Shown here: positions 26,061 to 39,841 of the stretch, in pieces | Layout of the letters: each line of letters opens with the position of its first letter | Numbering within the stretch: position 1 is the first letter of the stretch | Assembly (NCBI RefSeq): GCF_006345805.1 | Contig: NC_043009.1 | Coordinates: forward strand, 66,216,001 to 66,280,000 | Length of the DNA stretch: 64,000 nucleotides | From: Octopus sinensis | Taxonomy: Eukaryota | Reading direction: 5' to 3' | Made by a program: the position numbers and the translations under genes | The notes under the pieces: model-generated | Told to the model about the DNA's origin: nothing | The model's database searches: none | Seen by the model: the letters and a program-made list of their open reading frames with translations, nothing else

Positions 26061-26064
<4 letters not shown>
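25530..26064. mobile_element. Hammerhead-bearing module plus inverted repeat, bounded by (TA)n on both sides
   Basis: Hammerhead motif at 25665-25726 (-). Inverted repeat at 25908-26064, whose centre repeats the motif start gaagaggggaaaattcttat in the opposite orientation. Confidence 0.6.
25665..25726 (-). ncRNA. Putative minimal type I hammerhead (very short stem III)
   Basis: Minus strand reads cgtatttgtcg-CTGAAGA-gggg-aa-aattc-ttat-gaatt-aa-cccc-GAAA-tta-ggaccaatacg. Stem I pairs 9 of 11 positions and stem II has two helical segments. Confidence 0.55.
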
Positions 26065-26092
<28 letters not shown>

Positions 26093-27014
26093 TAAAAAAT
26101 AATTGAGATTCAGTTAACTTAAGTTGTTGAAGCAGCAAAAATTAGTGCGGTATTATCCGTACAAATCAAAATAAGGTGAATAAAATCAAAATAAGCAGCG
26201 GGATATTTTATTTATGCAGCTGAGTCTAGCCTTGATGTAATGATTGCATTGTTCACTTAAATGGAGTCCCTTGAAACGGTCGTATTGCATCACCTCTGGA
26301 TATCCGGTGCTTATTTTGATTTTATACACACACATATGTATATAATATATATATATATAAATAGATGCGTTTATATATGTATATATAAATATATATATAT
26401 ATATATATTTGTGTGTGTGTGTTTATGTGTGTATAAGAACGATAATATATTTCTAAAAATAATAACTTTGGTGGCCGCGAGCGTACAGCCGTATAGGCAA
26501 ATTAATAAAATATTAGACACACACACAACCACACATATGCATATATATACACTAGGGTACTACATAAGCACCTGCTTCGCTAAAAATAGAAGTCAAAATA
26601 ATTCTAAGCCACAGAAGAATCACAAAAACAATACAGGCGTGATAGGAAAAATTTTTACCGAATAAAGATAGCGTCCTACCTCCGCCAAGGATATATATAT
26701 ATATATATACGATGATGAGTATTATCGCTTATGTGGCTGAGTACTCCGTAGATACGTGTACTCTGAACCTAGTTTTCGATTTTCAGTTTTCAGATAAAAT
26801 GGGGAGTGGCATATTGTGTAGCATGCATCTTTTGACTTACAAGAACAATCCACGCGACAAGCTGTTTCCGGTATAGCAAATGTATTGTAAATGACAGTAG
26901 CCCAAGTCTTCCCGAACTGGGATCGAACTTACTAACTAATCGCCCACGCTACGCCCACGCAATAACCACACACAGACACCCACAGACATACAAATGTACT
27001 TGAATACACACACA

Positions 27015-27067
<53 letters not shown>

Positions 27068-27769
27068 CACACAAAAACACACACACATATATATACATAT
27101 ATATACACACATGTATTGCCTATATATTTGTATGGATATAAATACACACATGGCTCTGTACATACAAAACACGGCCATTAAATATTGGATATATTCATTT
27201 ATTTATTTATTCCTTGTGGATCTCACCCCTTATCAACCACCCGTTGATGGAACAAAATTGAATGAAGACGTCCATTTTCAGCTCTTCTAATATGATACAA
27301 TCCCACACGGAAGAGAAGCTAAAGAAAAATTTACCATTCATGCTTTGCAAACCGGTTCGTATTTGCTATTGGATTATTGAATTAGTTTTCATATTCCAGC
27401 GCTTCTATATTATTGCTGTTATTACATTTATCAAAGCATCTGCGAGCGAGGAAATCGGAATTAGCTTGCAGGAAAATATATATCGATGTTGGAGCCCCTA
27501 ACGTCAGCGCTCGACGTAGGCGAAATGGCAGCGAAATCTCCATCAAATTATTATTTAGAGGAAGACCACATTAGATAATGTTGCCGGAGGTATACTATGC
27601 CCAGAAGGTAAAAGATGACGGAAGAGTCGTGGATGGAATGCCTTAGGGTACAGGCTTGGATCAATGACGGGTAACTTTGGACTACACATGGCTAGGAACA
27701 ATACATGTGACTCTTTGAGAAAGGAGAAAAGAGAGAGGAAGATGTTTTTTCTTATAATTCTGATCTTCT

Positions 27770-27927
27770 ATAGGCACAGGGCGAGCCTGAAATTTTGAGG
27801 GGTGGGGATTGTCGATTACATCGACCCTAGTGCTCAAATGGATGAAAGATAAACTCGACCCCGGCGGAATTTGAACTCAGTGCGTAAAGACGGACGAAAT
27901 GCCGCTAAGCATTTTGTCCGGCTCGCC
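27770..27927 (-). mobile_element. SINE family A, internally deleted
   Basis: Contains cgaccccggcggaatttgaactcag and gacggacgaaatgccgctaagcattt. Confidence 0.8.
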
Positions 27928-28032
27928 ACCTTGTTTTTCTTTTAATTTCTTAAAGTTACCAACAATTGAAATTAAAGATTATCCAACAAATAAAAGAACC
28001 TGTATCTCGTATATTATTATTATTATTATTAT

Positions 28033-28112
<80 letters not shown>

Positions 28113-29057
28113 ATATGGTTATTCACTGACGATGTTCTCAAAGGGTTAGCAGTATGGTTAGAGTGTAGGGAAAAAATAGCCGAATTTATTTCGTAAGTTC
28201 CTTCTACGCTTTTGTGTTTAACTCTCACCAGGTTACACTTTGTCTCCCAGGCAAGCCCCGGTTTCACGTAATCGACTGACTAGCTTCTATCACGTTTCTG
28301 GCCTCGGCGTATAAATGATGTTATACGGGGGGAGGGGGGAAGTGCAAAGCAGTGATGTTCGTAAATACAAACTTGTTACCAGTTCAAGTATGCTTGAAGC
28401 AGATTCAAATTCGCATGAAAGCCATTTGCTGTATTTTGACATGATGGAAATTTCTTGCTTTAGACAAATTGGTGTAAATACACCGAGTCAGTTCACAGTG
28501 CTCCTTAACCCAAACCCTGAGGTACATGCACTTCGGAGTGGTCTTCTACTTTTACCATAAAAGGTACAGGCTTCTTGAGTTAGTGTGCAGCGTCTGCCTT
28601 TCCGATATCTGTACCTGAAGAGGAGATAACCACGCCGAAATACATACATCCCGCAGTCTGGTTAGGGAGTGCTTTGTGCTGACTCGGTCTATTTAAAACC
28701 CTATTTCTATACAACGAGAAATTTTCTCCATAACAGAATGCATTGATTGACTTTCTTACGGATTCCAATATGCCCTCAGCAGATTCCAACAGGTAACAAA
28801 AGATAAGGTTGTTGTCCTTTATTAAATATTTCTTACGAGTTTCTTATACTCCACATCTTTCAGAGGTGTGTGTTGAATTATCATTTGACAGTGTGTGACC
28901 TACATCTTCTTTTATTTGTCATAGGATTTATTCTATTTTACTGCTTCATATGTTATTTTAACAATTTCATTGTCTGCTATATTAAATACACATCGCCGTG
29001 TGGGTTGTGTTATTTTTATTGAACAATGATAGTATATATTCCCTGATATATATATAT

Positions 29058-29106
<49 letters not shown>

Positions 29107-29352
29107 ATATATATATGAAAAGATGACGGTATAGAATACATTTTGTGCGAATTATCTGGTTTCATTTGATGACAGGTATGTTAAATATATGGTGTACAGT
29201 AGCATGTAGGTTACTCGAGTAATATTTTTCATAATCTGTGAATTCTGCCTAGCAGGGTCTATTTTCTTTTTTTTAGACTGGGCGTAAAGTACTTTACACT
29301 GTGTTATAATTATAATAATGATTATTTTTATTATCAATATTAAGTTTATATG

Positions 29353-29915
29353 AGGCGGCGAGCTGGCAGAAACGTTAGCACGTCGGGCGAAATGCGTAGC
29401 CGTATTTCGTCTGCCGTTACGTTCTGAGTTCAAATTCCGCCGAGGTCGACTTTGCCTTTCATCCTTTCGGAGTCGATAAATTAAGTACCAGTTACGCTGT
29501 GGGTTGATATAATCGACTTAATCCGTTTGTCTGTCCTTGTTTGTTCTCTCTGTGTTTAGCCCCTTGTGGGCAGTAAAGAAATAGGTATTTCGTCTATCTT
29601 TACGTTCTGAGTTCAAATTCCGCCGAGGTCGACTTTACCTTTCATCCTTTCGGGGTCGATAAATTAAGTACCAGTTACGCTGTGGGTTGATATAATCGAC
29701 TTAATCCGTTTGTCTGTCCTTGTTTGTTCGCTCTGTATTTAGCTCTTTGTGGGTAGTAAAGAAATAGGTATTTCGTTTGTCTTTACGTTCTGAGTTCAAA
29801 TTCCGCCGAGGTCGACTTTACCTTTCATCCTTTTGGGGCCGGTAAATTAAGTACCAGTTGTTATCTGGAGTCGATCTAATCGGCTGGCCCCAACTCCCCA
29901 AAAATTTCGGGCCTT
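29353..29915 (+). mobile_element. SINE family A trimer (head + 2 A units + B-tailed unit), period 183 bp
   Basis: Unit bodies start at 29401, 29584 and 29767. Only the first is preceded by the tRNA-like head. Confidence 0.92.
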
Positions 29916-29919
29916 ATTT

Positions 29920-30215
29920 CAGGTTCGATAAAATAGGAACGGTTTGAGCGCTGAGATCAATGGAATCGACTTAACCCCCCCTGTAATTGCTGGCCTTGAG
30001 CCAAAATTTGAAGCCAATATTAAGTTCATGCGCCGGACGAAATGCTTAGTGGCATTTCTTCCGCTTCTTTGTGATCTGAGTTGAAATCCCACGGTGGTAG
30101 ACTTTGCGTTACAGTCCATCGGGATCGATAAAATAAGTAACAGTTGAGCATCGGGATCGATGTAATCGACTAACGCCCCTCCCCCTAAAGAATTCCTGGC
30201 CTTGTGCAAAAATTT
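29920..30215 (+). mobile_element. Older family A SINE remnants in tandem
   Basis: A degenerate core, with the tail aattgctggccttg(a/t)gc.aaaattt occurring twice. Confidence 0.7.
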
Positions 30216-30504
30216 CATATACATTATTTTAAGATAGCGTTTTTCTTGTATTTATTTTAAGCCTCGGCCATCGTCTTCGACCTCTGCCCTTATGTATTTG
30301 TCCTCCTCCTCCTACTCTCCTACCACTTACCTTACCATTTTCATCTTTGGATTTCCTGGAGGGAGCCTGTTGCTGAGTAACAGACCTGTGAACCACTTTT
30401 AAAACTGTTTCCTTTTTATACCTACGCAAAGAAAAGGTGTTTGCTTCAGCCATCACCATCAACAGTACCATAACAGCAGCCCGCCGCCCCCCCCCTGTTG
30501 GGGC

Positions 30505-30512
30505 TACTACCA

Positions 30513-30544
<32 letters not shown>

Positions 30545-30545
30545 G

Positions 30546-30576
<31 letters not shown>

Positions 30577-30709
30577 CATGTTCTCATAACCTTTGCATTG
30601 ATATACGCTACCATTATTACTACAACAACCACCATCGACGCTGATGTCACCACCACCACCACTACTACTACAACCTTTGCCACTACCGATATCGTTGCTG
30701 CTGCAGCTG

Positions 30710-30761
<52 letters not shown>

Positions 30762-30935
30762 CCTCTCATCATGACCGTTGTATTCGTCATCGCAACTAAT
30801 ACAAACTTCACTACCAATAACCACTATCACCTTCACAATTACCACCACAACCACCACCACCACCGCCATCAGCACCAGAACTGCAGCTGCTGCTGCTGCT
30901 GCTGCTGCTACTACTACTACTGCTGCTACTACTAT
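30505..30935. repeat. Mixed trinucleotide tract (ACT/ACC/GCT)
   Basis: Read directly. Confidence 0.9.
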
Positions 30936-31074
30936 CTTCCCATCAATCTAAAACCTCTCTATAACCAAATGATCTTATTTCTATTAGCCGAAAGAATCTT
31001 TCATACAACTTCGAATTCCTCTTCCAACTACTTAAGTATTTAGCTTAAAGCATCTCTCTCTTATATATGTGTGT

Positions 31075-31121
<47 letters not shown>

Positions 31122-31372
31122 GTGTCTATAATATATATATATATATATAATATATATATATACATCTATCTATGTATATGTATATGTGTGTGTATTTATT
31201 TGTATATGTGCATATAGGGATGTGTGTCTGCGTGTGTATATAGAAATGTTAGTATCTATATATGTATATATGTTTGTATATGCATGCCTGAATATGTGAA
31301 TGCGTGTATGTATACTACATACACACATACACATATTTAGAGGGGCACAGACAGAGAGACTGACTGACTGAC

Positions 31373-31440
<68 letters not shown>

Positions 31441-32983
31441 GGATGATAGAGAGGAGAGTCAATCCATTTTATCAGTATTTGTTTGTTTGTCTTTTTTCCC
31501 ATCTACGCAAAAGTTGGTGGCAGTTCGTTTGGAAATGTAAAGTTCTTAAACCCCTCATCAAAGTTTGTAGACTTTTATAGTCTCATATTTAGAATCTAGT
31601 GATGGCGTGTGTTGCTGGCTTTTAAAACTAGAATGGAAAACATTAGTACACAACACTTCCATAGTCTACAGAATTTCTCACAAAAGTAGAAGGTTAATGA
31701 TCAGAGTAATCTTCATATCACAGCGCAATGTTAAAAATAACCCTACAGACAGCACAAACTTTCCACAAATAAAAATAAAACCCTGATTGATGGCGTATAA
31801 ATCTAATAGGAAAAATTCAAGTTCCGGCTGTAATGTCTACACTGGATACATTTGTTGTTGCTAGTATAATGAGGCAGCTACACGTGCCAACATCACTTCA
31901 GCCAGAATATGGAGTGATATGTGTGATAATGATGAGTTAAGGGAAGCAAGGGGTTCATAGGAAAATAAGAAAAAGGAAATATTGATAACGATAAATAGAG
32001 ACTTACTTTGAATGAAACACATACGTTCGTATACTCATACGTATATGAGTTTGACGAGTGTTACGGCACGAATTTAGGGGTCTTAAATCTACGTTTGTAG
32101 TTCGCCAGTTATGAAAACATGTATACATACTCTACTCAAGCGATTGAGTTATTTTCCCTGTGCCTCTCTACATCAAACGTAGTGATATATAACGTGACTA
32201 TGTCGTCCTTTTCTATTATTGCTTGTCATAGTGTAAAGAACTGCGAAATATTTTGCAGCTTAACGAGTAATTGTCTTGAGTTCAGCAGTGGCTGGTGAGG
32301 TGAATAGTCACTAAAATATCAAGTTGTCGTAAGAGAAAGCATTTCCGTATTATCATTATATGTACATTTGAGGCTGGTTCCTCTCGTCCTTTTATTCGTA
32401 TAATCATAAAATCATACCCCCGACAACCTGCTGAGTCGTTATGCACTCTCAGTAATAGATAAAGTAAGAATATACAACCCAAGTCCACATGCATCTATAT
32501 ACTGTATAGTTCTTGGTATATATTTAGGCATTCCATCTCTGGAGGCATTTTTCATTAACTTTTGAACACTGTTATTATTTGTCGATGTGTTTGGGTTAGG
32601 GTTAGAGTTAGGGTTGTGTGAGAAAGAGTGGTTTATGCTTTCTATATTTTTCGGTCATGAAGGCTTAACATGTTTGCATTTGATAAAACTGAAAAAAAAA
32701 AAAGAATATCTATTCCAGTCCTCACTTTTTGACACTTATTTGCATTCTCCATTTAACATTTTGTACGCTTACTTAATAATATTATACTTTCAACAAACTT
32801 TTAGTTTACTCATCTTATTTCCTGAATTGCAGTTTCTTCAAATGACCAAGTTATATTTATGTTTTCGCTTCCTTCTCCTTCACACTCCAGAGAGGGCCAC
32901 TGAGGTTGAACTACATTTGTTTATTCCCAAATACATTCAAGAATAGGCAAACTAGACATCTATATTCATTGAAACACGTAGAC

Positions 32984-33089
32984 CAGCTGTTCTCAACTGA
33001 AGCCCATATGGACCCTGGAAGCACATATAAGATTTTGGTGGGGCGGAGCCCACGCAAGAAAAATAATAAAGACCATGAAAAAAATATGC
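32984..33089. mobile_element. Left end of a possible hAT-type MITE, followed by a SINE
   Basis: cagctgttctcaac...cccatatggacc resembles the 9683 element start. Confidence 0.35.
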
Positions 33090-33310
33090 TTTACTCTTTT
33101 ACTCTTTTACTCTTTTACTCTTTTACTTGCTTCAGTCATTTGACTGCGGCCATGCTGGAGCACCGCTTTTAGTCGAGCAAATCGACCCCGGGACTTATTC
33201 TTTGTAAGCCCAGTACTTATTCTATCGGTCTCTTTTGCCGAACCGCTAAGTGACGGGGACGTAAACACACCAGCATCGTTTGTCAAGCAATGCTAGGGGG
33301 ACAAACACAG

Positions 33311-33357
<47 letters not shown>

Positions 33358-33521
33358 TACGACAGGCTTCTTTCAGTTTCCGTCCACCAAATCCACTCAC
33401 AAGGCATTGGTCGTCCTGGGGCTATAGCAGAAGACACTAGCCCAAGATGCCACGCAGTGGGACTGAACCCGGAACCATGCGGTTGGTTAGCAAGCTACTT
33501 ACCACACAGCCACTCCTGCGC
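33090..33521 (-). mobile_element. Full-length CORE-type SINE, family B
   Basis: Reverse complement of the 17545-17952 architecture, including the (CTTTTACT)n tail. Confidence 0.92.
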
Positions 33522-34459
33522 TTTAGATATATTTTTTGCAAGAAACTGTTAGGTTTATTTCTCTTCCATTTTAACATAGTCTAACATGGTTCTGGCCACT
33601 GAAACATGTTCTCTCAGAGAATGCTACTGCAAACCTATAAAAGTGAACGTGTGAAAAGCAAAATAGGAATTTTGAAAGAAGTATCTATCAAACTAACATT
33701 GAAACATTGAATAGCTATGGGTGTTGCGTACCAAAATAAAATAGTAATCAGTGGGGTTGGTAGGTCGAGAAAAGGACGAGAACCCCTGATGGAGACAAAC
33801 ATAATAGAATCGTGCAGTCCTAATAAATCTGGATTCTGAAAGTGCATTGTGTGTGTCCTACTAAATAAAAATTCGATGCGTACGTTGACAGTGTGTCTAA
33901 CATGGCTAATTTTTTTCACTGTGTATAGAGTTTGTGAGTCCTGGTATTTTTTTTTTATGATTTTCTTCATATCCATGCTCAATGCAAAGAATAAACGTTT
34001 CTTTTAGTATTTGTACTGAGTTTTCATTCACATTCCACATCCTGCATGTTTCCAGTTTATCATCTTCGCACAGTGACATTTGCGCGATTCCTTTCCGAGT
34101 ATTGTTTTAACCAGAAAGAATTGAGATGGTTATCAGATGTTTATCAGAGATTCTAGTTCCTAGCTTTGAACTGCCCGTCCTCATTTCCTTTTTAATCATC
34201 ATCCTTATTATTTTTATTAATATTGTTATTTGGTTGTGTACATAATTTTATCACGTAAAACTAATTCTCATCACTCTAGTCATTTCCTTCACAGCAACAA
34301 AATACCTCAGCCTCTATCTCCATCCCAAAAGCAAAAGAAGAATTAATGTAATAAAGCTTTCGACAGCAGCCAAAGCAACGACGACGAAGACGACAGCAAT
34401 ATCAATGCAATCGACGAGAAAAACATTCTTCAGTGACGCCATATTTATTTTCATTATTC

Positions 34460-34513
<54 letters not shown>

Positions 34514-34558
34514 ATATATATATATATATATATCTATATATATATCTATATATATATC

Positions 34559-34591
<33 letters not shown>

Positions 34592-34595
34592 TATA

Positions 34596-34631
<36 letters not shown>

Positions 34632-34897
34632 AACACATACTTATATACATATATAATATATATATATATATATAACACATACTTATATACATATATAAAT
34701 ATATATATATATATATATATGTATATATGCACACACACACATATATATATATATACACACACACTTATATACATACATATATCATCAGTAACAGTTTCTT
34801 CTTTATATATATATGTGTGTGTGTGTGTGTGAATATGTGTGTATGTGTGTGTGTATGTATGTATAAGTGTTTACATTTCTGTTTATATGTTTATATA

Positions 34898-34949
<52 letters not shown>

Positions 34950-35374
34950 AGCATTTGTCGTAATATTATGTGTCCGTACGTGTGTTCGTACGTGTATCGG
35001 TGTGTGTATTTGTGGTGTGTGTCGGTCATCTTTAAACATGGCATATATCGGATTATTTTAAAACAGGCGGCAGGAAACAAATTGTCAAAATCAAATTTGG
35101 TATTCAATTTGCACAAATATACAAGTTGGTGTTGTCTTTATTTTCCTTACTTACTCCATAAGATTGGAGAGTGAAGTAAAGCGAGGAACAGAAAGAGATA
35201 AAGAGAGAATGAGGGATTGAGTATGAGAGGGAGAGAGAAAGAGAAGTTAAGGTTTTAGTGTTTTCACGGTTTTTGTAAATTAATCATTTGAATTGTGTAG
35301 ATTAAAAAAAAAGTTATTAGTATCTATATTTGATTATTCATTGCGCTCATGACACCACGAAGAAAAGAAGCAGT

Positions 35375-35674
35375 GTCGTCGTCGTTGTAGTAGTAGTAGT
35401 GGTAGTTGTAGTAGTAGTAGTAGTAGTAGTAGTAGTATAGTAGTAGAAGGAGAATAAGAAGAGGAGGAGAAGGAGAGGGAGAAGGAGAAGGAGAAGAAAA
35501 AGAAGAGAAGAAGAAGAAGAAGGAGGAGGAGGAGAAGAAGAAGAAGAAGAAGAAGAAGAGGAGGAGGAGGAGGAGGAGGAGGAGAAGGAAAAGAAGAAGA
35601 AGAAGGAGGAGGAGGAGAAGAAGAAGAAGAAGAAGAAGAAGAAGAAGAAGAAGAAGAAGAAGAAGAAGAAGAAG

Positions 35675-35704
<30 letters not shown>
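35375..35704. repeat. (GTA)n followed by a 249-bp pure purine tract with about 29 uninterrupted GAA units
   Basis: 35456-35704 contains only A and G. (GAA)n spans 35617-35703. Confidence 0.9.
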
Positions 35705-35705
<1 letters not shown>

Positions 35706-35945
35706 GGCAAAATGATAATGATGATAATGAAGATAAAGAAGGAGATATTTTGAGGCCGAAAGGCAGCGGTTTTTGGAGGGAAAGGGATTAATTGATACCA
35801 TTGAAACTAGTATTTTGCTACCTTATTCTACTGATTCCGGTGGGATTAAAGGTAAAGGTGACCCTGGCGGATATGGATTCAAAGCATAAAAAGTCGGAAT
35901 AAGTGCCGCACAGCCCTTTTTCCCGATGTTATTACCACATAACCG

Positions 35946-36818
<873 letters not shown>

Positions 36819-37101
36819 GATGTACGCCACTATCCCAGAAGGAATATAAGAGGCGCCACGACAATATGGCCAGGCTTGTCCATTGGACACTCTGCAAGAA
36901 GTATGGACTTGACAGAGCCAAAAAGTAGTACGACCACAAACCCGAAGGCATCGTCGAAAATAGAAACACAAAGATCCTATCGGATTTTATGATTCAGTGC
37001 GACCATGAGATAGAGAATAGGAAGCCAGACATAGTCTTAATTGAGAAAGAAAGCAAACTATGCTGGATCTTAGATATAGCATGCCCAGCTGACAACAAGG
37101 T
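36819..37101 (+). mobile_element. R4/Dong-type LINE fragment (post-knuckle and RLE start), truncated at both ends
   Basis: Translation CTPLSQKEYKRRHDNMARLVHWTLCKKYGLDRAKK*YDHKPEGIVENRNTKILSDFMIQCDHEIENRKPDIVLIEKESKLCWILDIACPADNK. 36996-37101 differs from 19977-20082 at only 2 positions. Confidence 0.88.
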
Positions 37102-37129
37102 CTGGCATACTTGTCATTAACAGTCCTCT

Positions 37130-37900
37130 CATAACCGATGTAAAACGTAAGAACAGGTTTGCTGGCGAGGATTGGGTTTCGCTTTCTACATAATCGTGTT
37201 TCTTATCAGTCGCTGGATTCTTGGTCGGCTTCCATTGTTCCTTGTGTTGCAACCCATGGTGCCTTGAGAACAATAATTTCTGTTAAGATTTTTGCCATGG
37301 CAGTCCTGGTTTAGGACGAATGTTGCAGCAACATTCGTCCTAAACCAGGACTGCCATATTATATTGGCAAACAATCTTTACTCCAAAGTACCGTTGCTGA
37401 ATATCTCTCGTTGTGAAATTTAAAAATAGTAATTTTCTAATAATTTCTGCGTTCTGTTGAAGTCTTTGCTATTTTCTACTTTGTCATTCGTGTAAAAGAG
37501 CTCGTAGGTGGCATTTGATTACCCTTGAGTAGCTTTTGGTCTTTTTTGTCACAACTACGTCACAACTCATAGCCTTTATTTTTGCGTCTGGGTGTGGCCC
37601 AGATCGTAATGGTTTTGCAGGGTCATTAGGACATTCATGTCTATACAAAGCATTACTTAACCACACACCTTACCTTTTGACCTCGAATCTTAACGCTTAC
37701 CTCTACTATAGCACAAAAATGAGCACAAGCCAAGCAACAGAGTAGTTTCTGATATCTTCTAACGTCACTCTTGTGTTAAGCCACCCAAGTATTGTAGTAC
37801 ATGAATTGTCCTTAGTTCCGAATATTCGGCACACTGTCCCTTACATAGGATTGCGGCCAAATGAATAGAGATTGCACCACCCAACGGTCGCAGCTGGATG
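37130..37900 (-). mobile_element. Ancient, heavily decayed RLE-type LINE relic
   Basis: Minus-strand fragments YRHECP...IKAMSCDVVVTKKTK resemble WYxHxP...IKANRPDIVVxDKK. LWSK..LPI and GTMGC follow in the expected order. Confidence 0.4.
37297..37357. repeat. Perfect 61-bp palindrome (30-bp arms, 1-nt centre)
   Basis: atggcagtcctggtttaggacgaatgttgc-a-gcaacattcgtcctaaaccaggactgccat. Confidence 0.97.
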
Positions 37901-38511
37901 GAAATGTACTTTCAAGGAATACGAGCAGTTCCCTGGCCTTTGCGAAGCACTGATATATATAATTCCATCTTTCTGTTCGATAAGTAGGATTACACCTTCC
38001 ATTATCGCCTAACTCTCTCTTATAGATTGTTTTTCTTTTGCGAAACTCTATACCAGAGACTGGTTTAGCGAATATGGGCTGGAAGTTTTACGTTTTCCCC
38101 TCAATTCAATTTCCTCACTCATTTTTTTGCTTGACTGCATGTGTGTAGGTGTGTAGGTGTGTAGGCGTCTTTATTTTGTTCTTGTTATCGTTAATCGTGT
38201 CGTTTAAATTGTTTAAAATAATGTCGTTATTTTCTATCGTAAAATAATTATTTTCTTGTGAAATACGTATAATCCGTTAAGAAATTGAATTTGTTTACAT
38301 TTTACTGTTTATTTCCCGTTTCTTGTCTTCATGGGCGTTTCTAGAAGCCATGTTGTTAAATTACCAGTGAAAGCGCAATATTGTTTTTTGCCAATTAAAG
38401 AGCCTCCCAAGCAAACATAAACATACGAAATAGAATTCTTACCTATGTAAAAATTCTCCCCACATAATGTCATTTGGTAAAATTTCCCGAGAGTGAAACA
38501 AAATCACAGCA

Positions 38512-38557
38512 AATAATAATAATAATAATAATAATGATGATGATGATGATGATGATG

Positions 38558-38648
<91 letters not shown>

Positions 38649-38650
38649 TA

Positions 38651-38681
<31 letters not shown>

Positions 38682-38725
38682 TAATAATGATAATAATAAT
38701 AATAGTAATAGTAATAATAATAATG

Positions 38726-38805
<80 letters not shown>

Positions 38806-38810
38806 AATAA
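38512..38810. repeat. (AAT)n/(GAT)n array
   Basis: Read directly. Confidence 0.95.
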
Positions 38811-39798
38811 GTTCATAGGCTACAAGGCAGATACATATAAATAAAACGCTACACATGGGTTATAAGAATGTATAGGCATACACAAAGCAAAGTTATATAA
38901 AAGGCGGAAAGTGTAAAGATGTTATAAAAACGGTTATATTAAAAATTTACGAGGTTACGTAGACCCTTTATATCTTCCAAAGTTTTTTCTTGTTTATTGT
39001 GCATAGAGCTGTGAATTTCGGCGTAGCATCTTCAGCGGGGGGCGGGTTCCCTTTATCCTTTTCTTTGTTTGTCCTGTTATTTCTAACATCCTGCCCACTC
39101 ATGCTCAGTTCCAACTCCTCTTCATTGTCACAAGAATGAGGTTCGGCTGCTGATTATCGCCAGAGAAACGGCCCCTCGACTTCTTTAAAATGAAATTATC
39201 TCCTTTGATATTACTAGGGCCTGGTAGGACCCTCGAAACAACAGCCTCCACACTTTGCTGCTATTGTTTACTTCTTTTAGTTTCTCCTGTTCTTCTAGAG
39301 AGAAATCCCTTAACTTCAACGATCACATGTTTTAACAGTTGGACTTTGTCCCTAAACGAACAATCATAATGCTTTTCTCAGAACGCGCCAAAGAACACAA
39401 CGACTGCAGAGCTTTGTATTCCAGTGGATCTATGAGGATTCACATGTCCATAGAAATGTCATCCAACCACATTTTGTCACAAGTCCTGCCATTGCAGTCC
39501 AACTGATAAAGTACTGTTAAAGTATCGAGGGTACAAGCTAAGGTTGTCACCAATGGTTTATACCCACATGTTTCTTTGTTTTAAATATTGTTGAAACCAT
39601 GTGTACGCGAGTGGTACGAAACCCTAGCTCTGTTCGACACATTCTTAGATTTAGGGATAAAAATATGGCTACCATATATTCCCCACTAACTCGATGTAGG
39701 CAAGCTCAATCGACATGCAGACGAGACCTGCCATTCACTGTTCTTCTGAGGCCCAAGAAAATTCCTGAAGGCGCATGAAAGCTTCTTTCTTTCTTTCT

Positions 39799-39841
<43 letters not shown>

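Noticed and set aside
29353-29915. CRISPR-like or satellite interpretation of the repeated units
   Set aside because: The units are 183-bp SINE bodies without unique spacers, and the same sequence is dispersed as monomers.
32593-32615. Interstitial telomeric repeat
   Set aside because: Only about three TTAGGG-like units, one mutated; this is expected by chance in low-complexity DNA.
39008-39040. Hammerhead-like CTGAAGA-tgctacgcc-GAAA-ttc on the minus strand
   Set aside because: Stem II has only 2 bp and stem I does not pair.
39000-39660. Minus-strand PHD-like LINE ORF1 relic (CNGRTCDKMW...EYKALQS)
   Set aside because: The Cys/His pattern is incomplete and too degenerate to support without a profile search.
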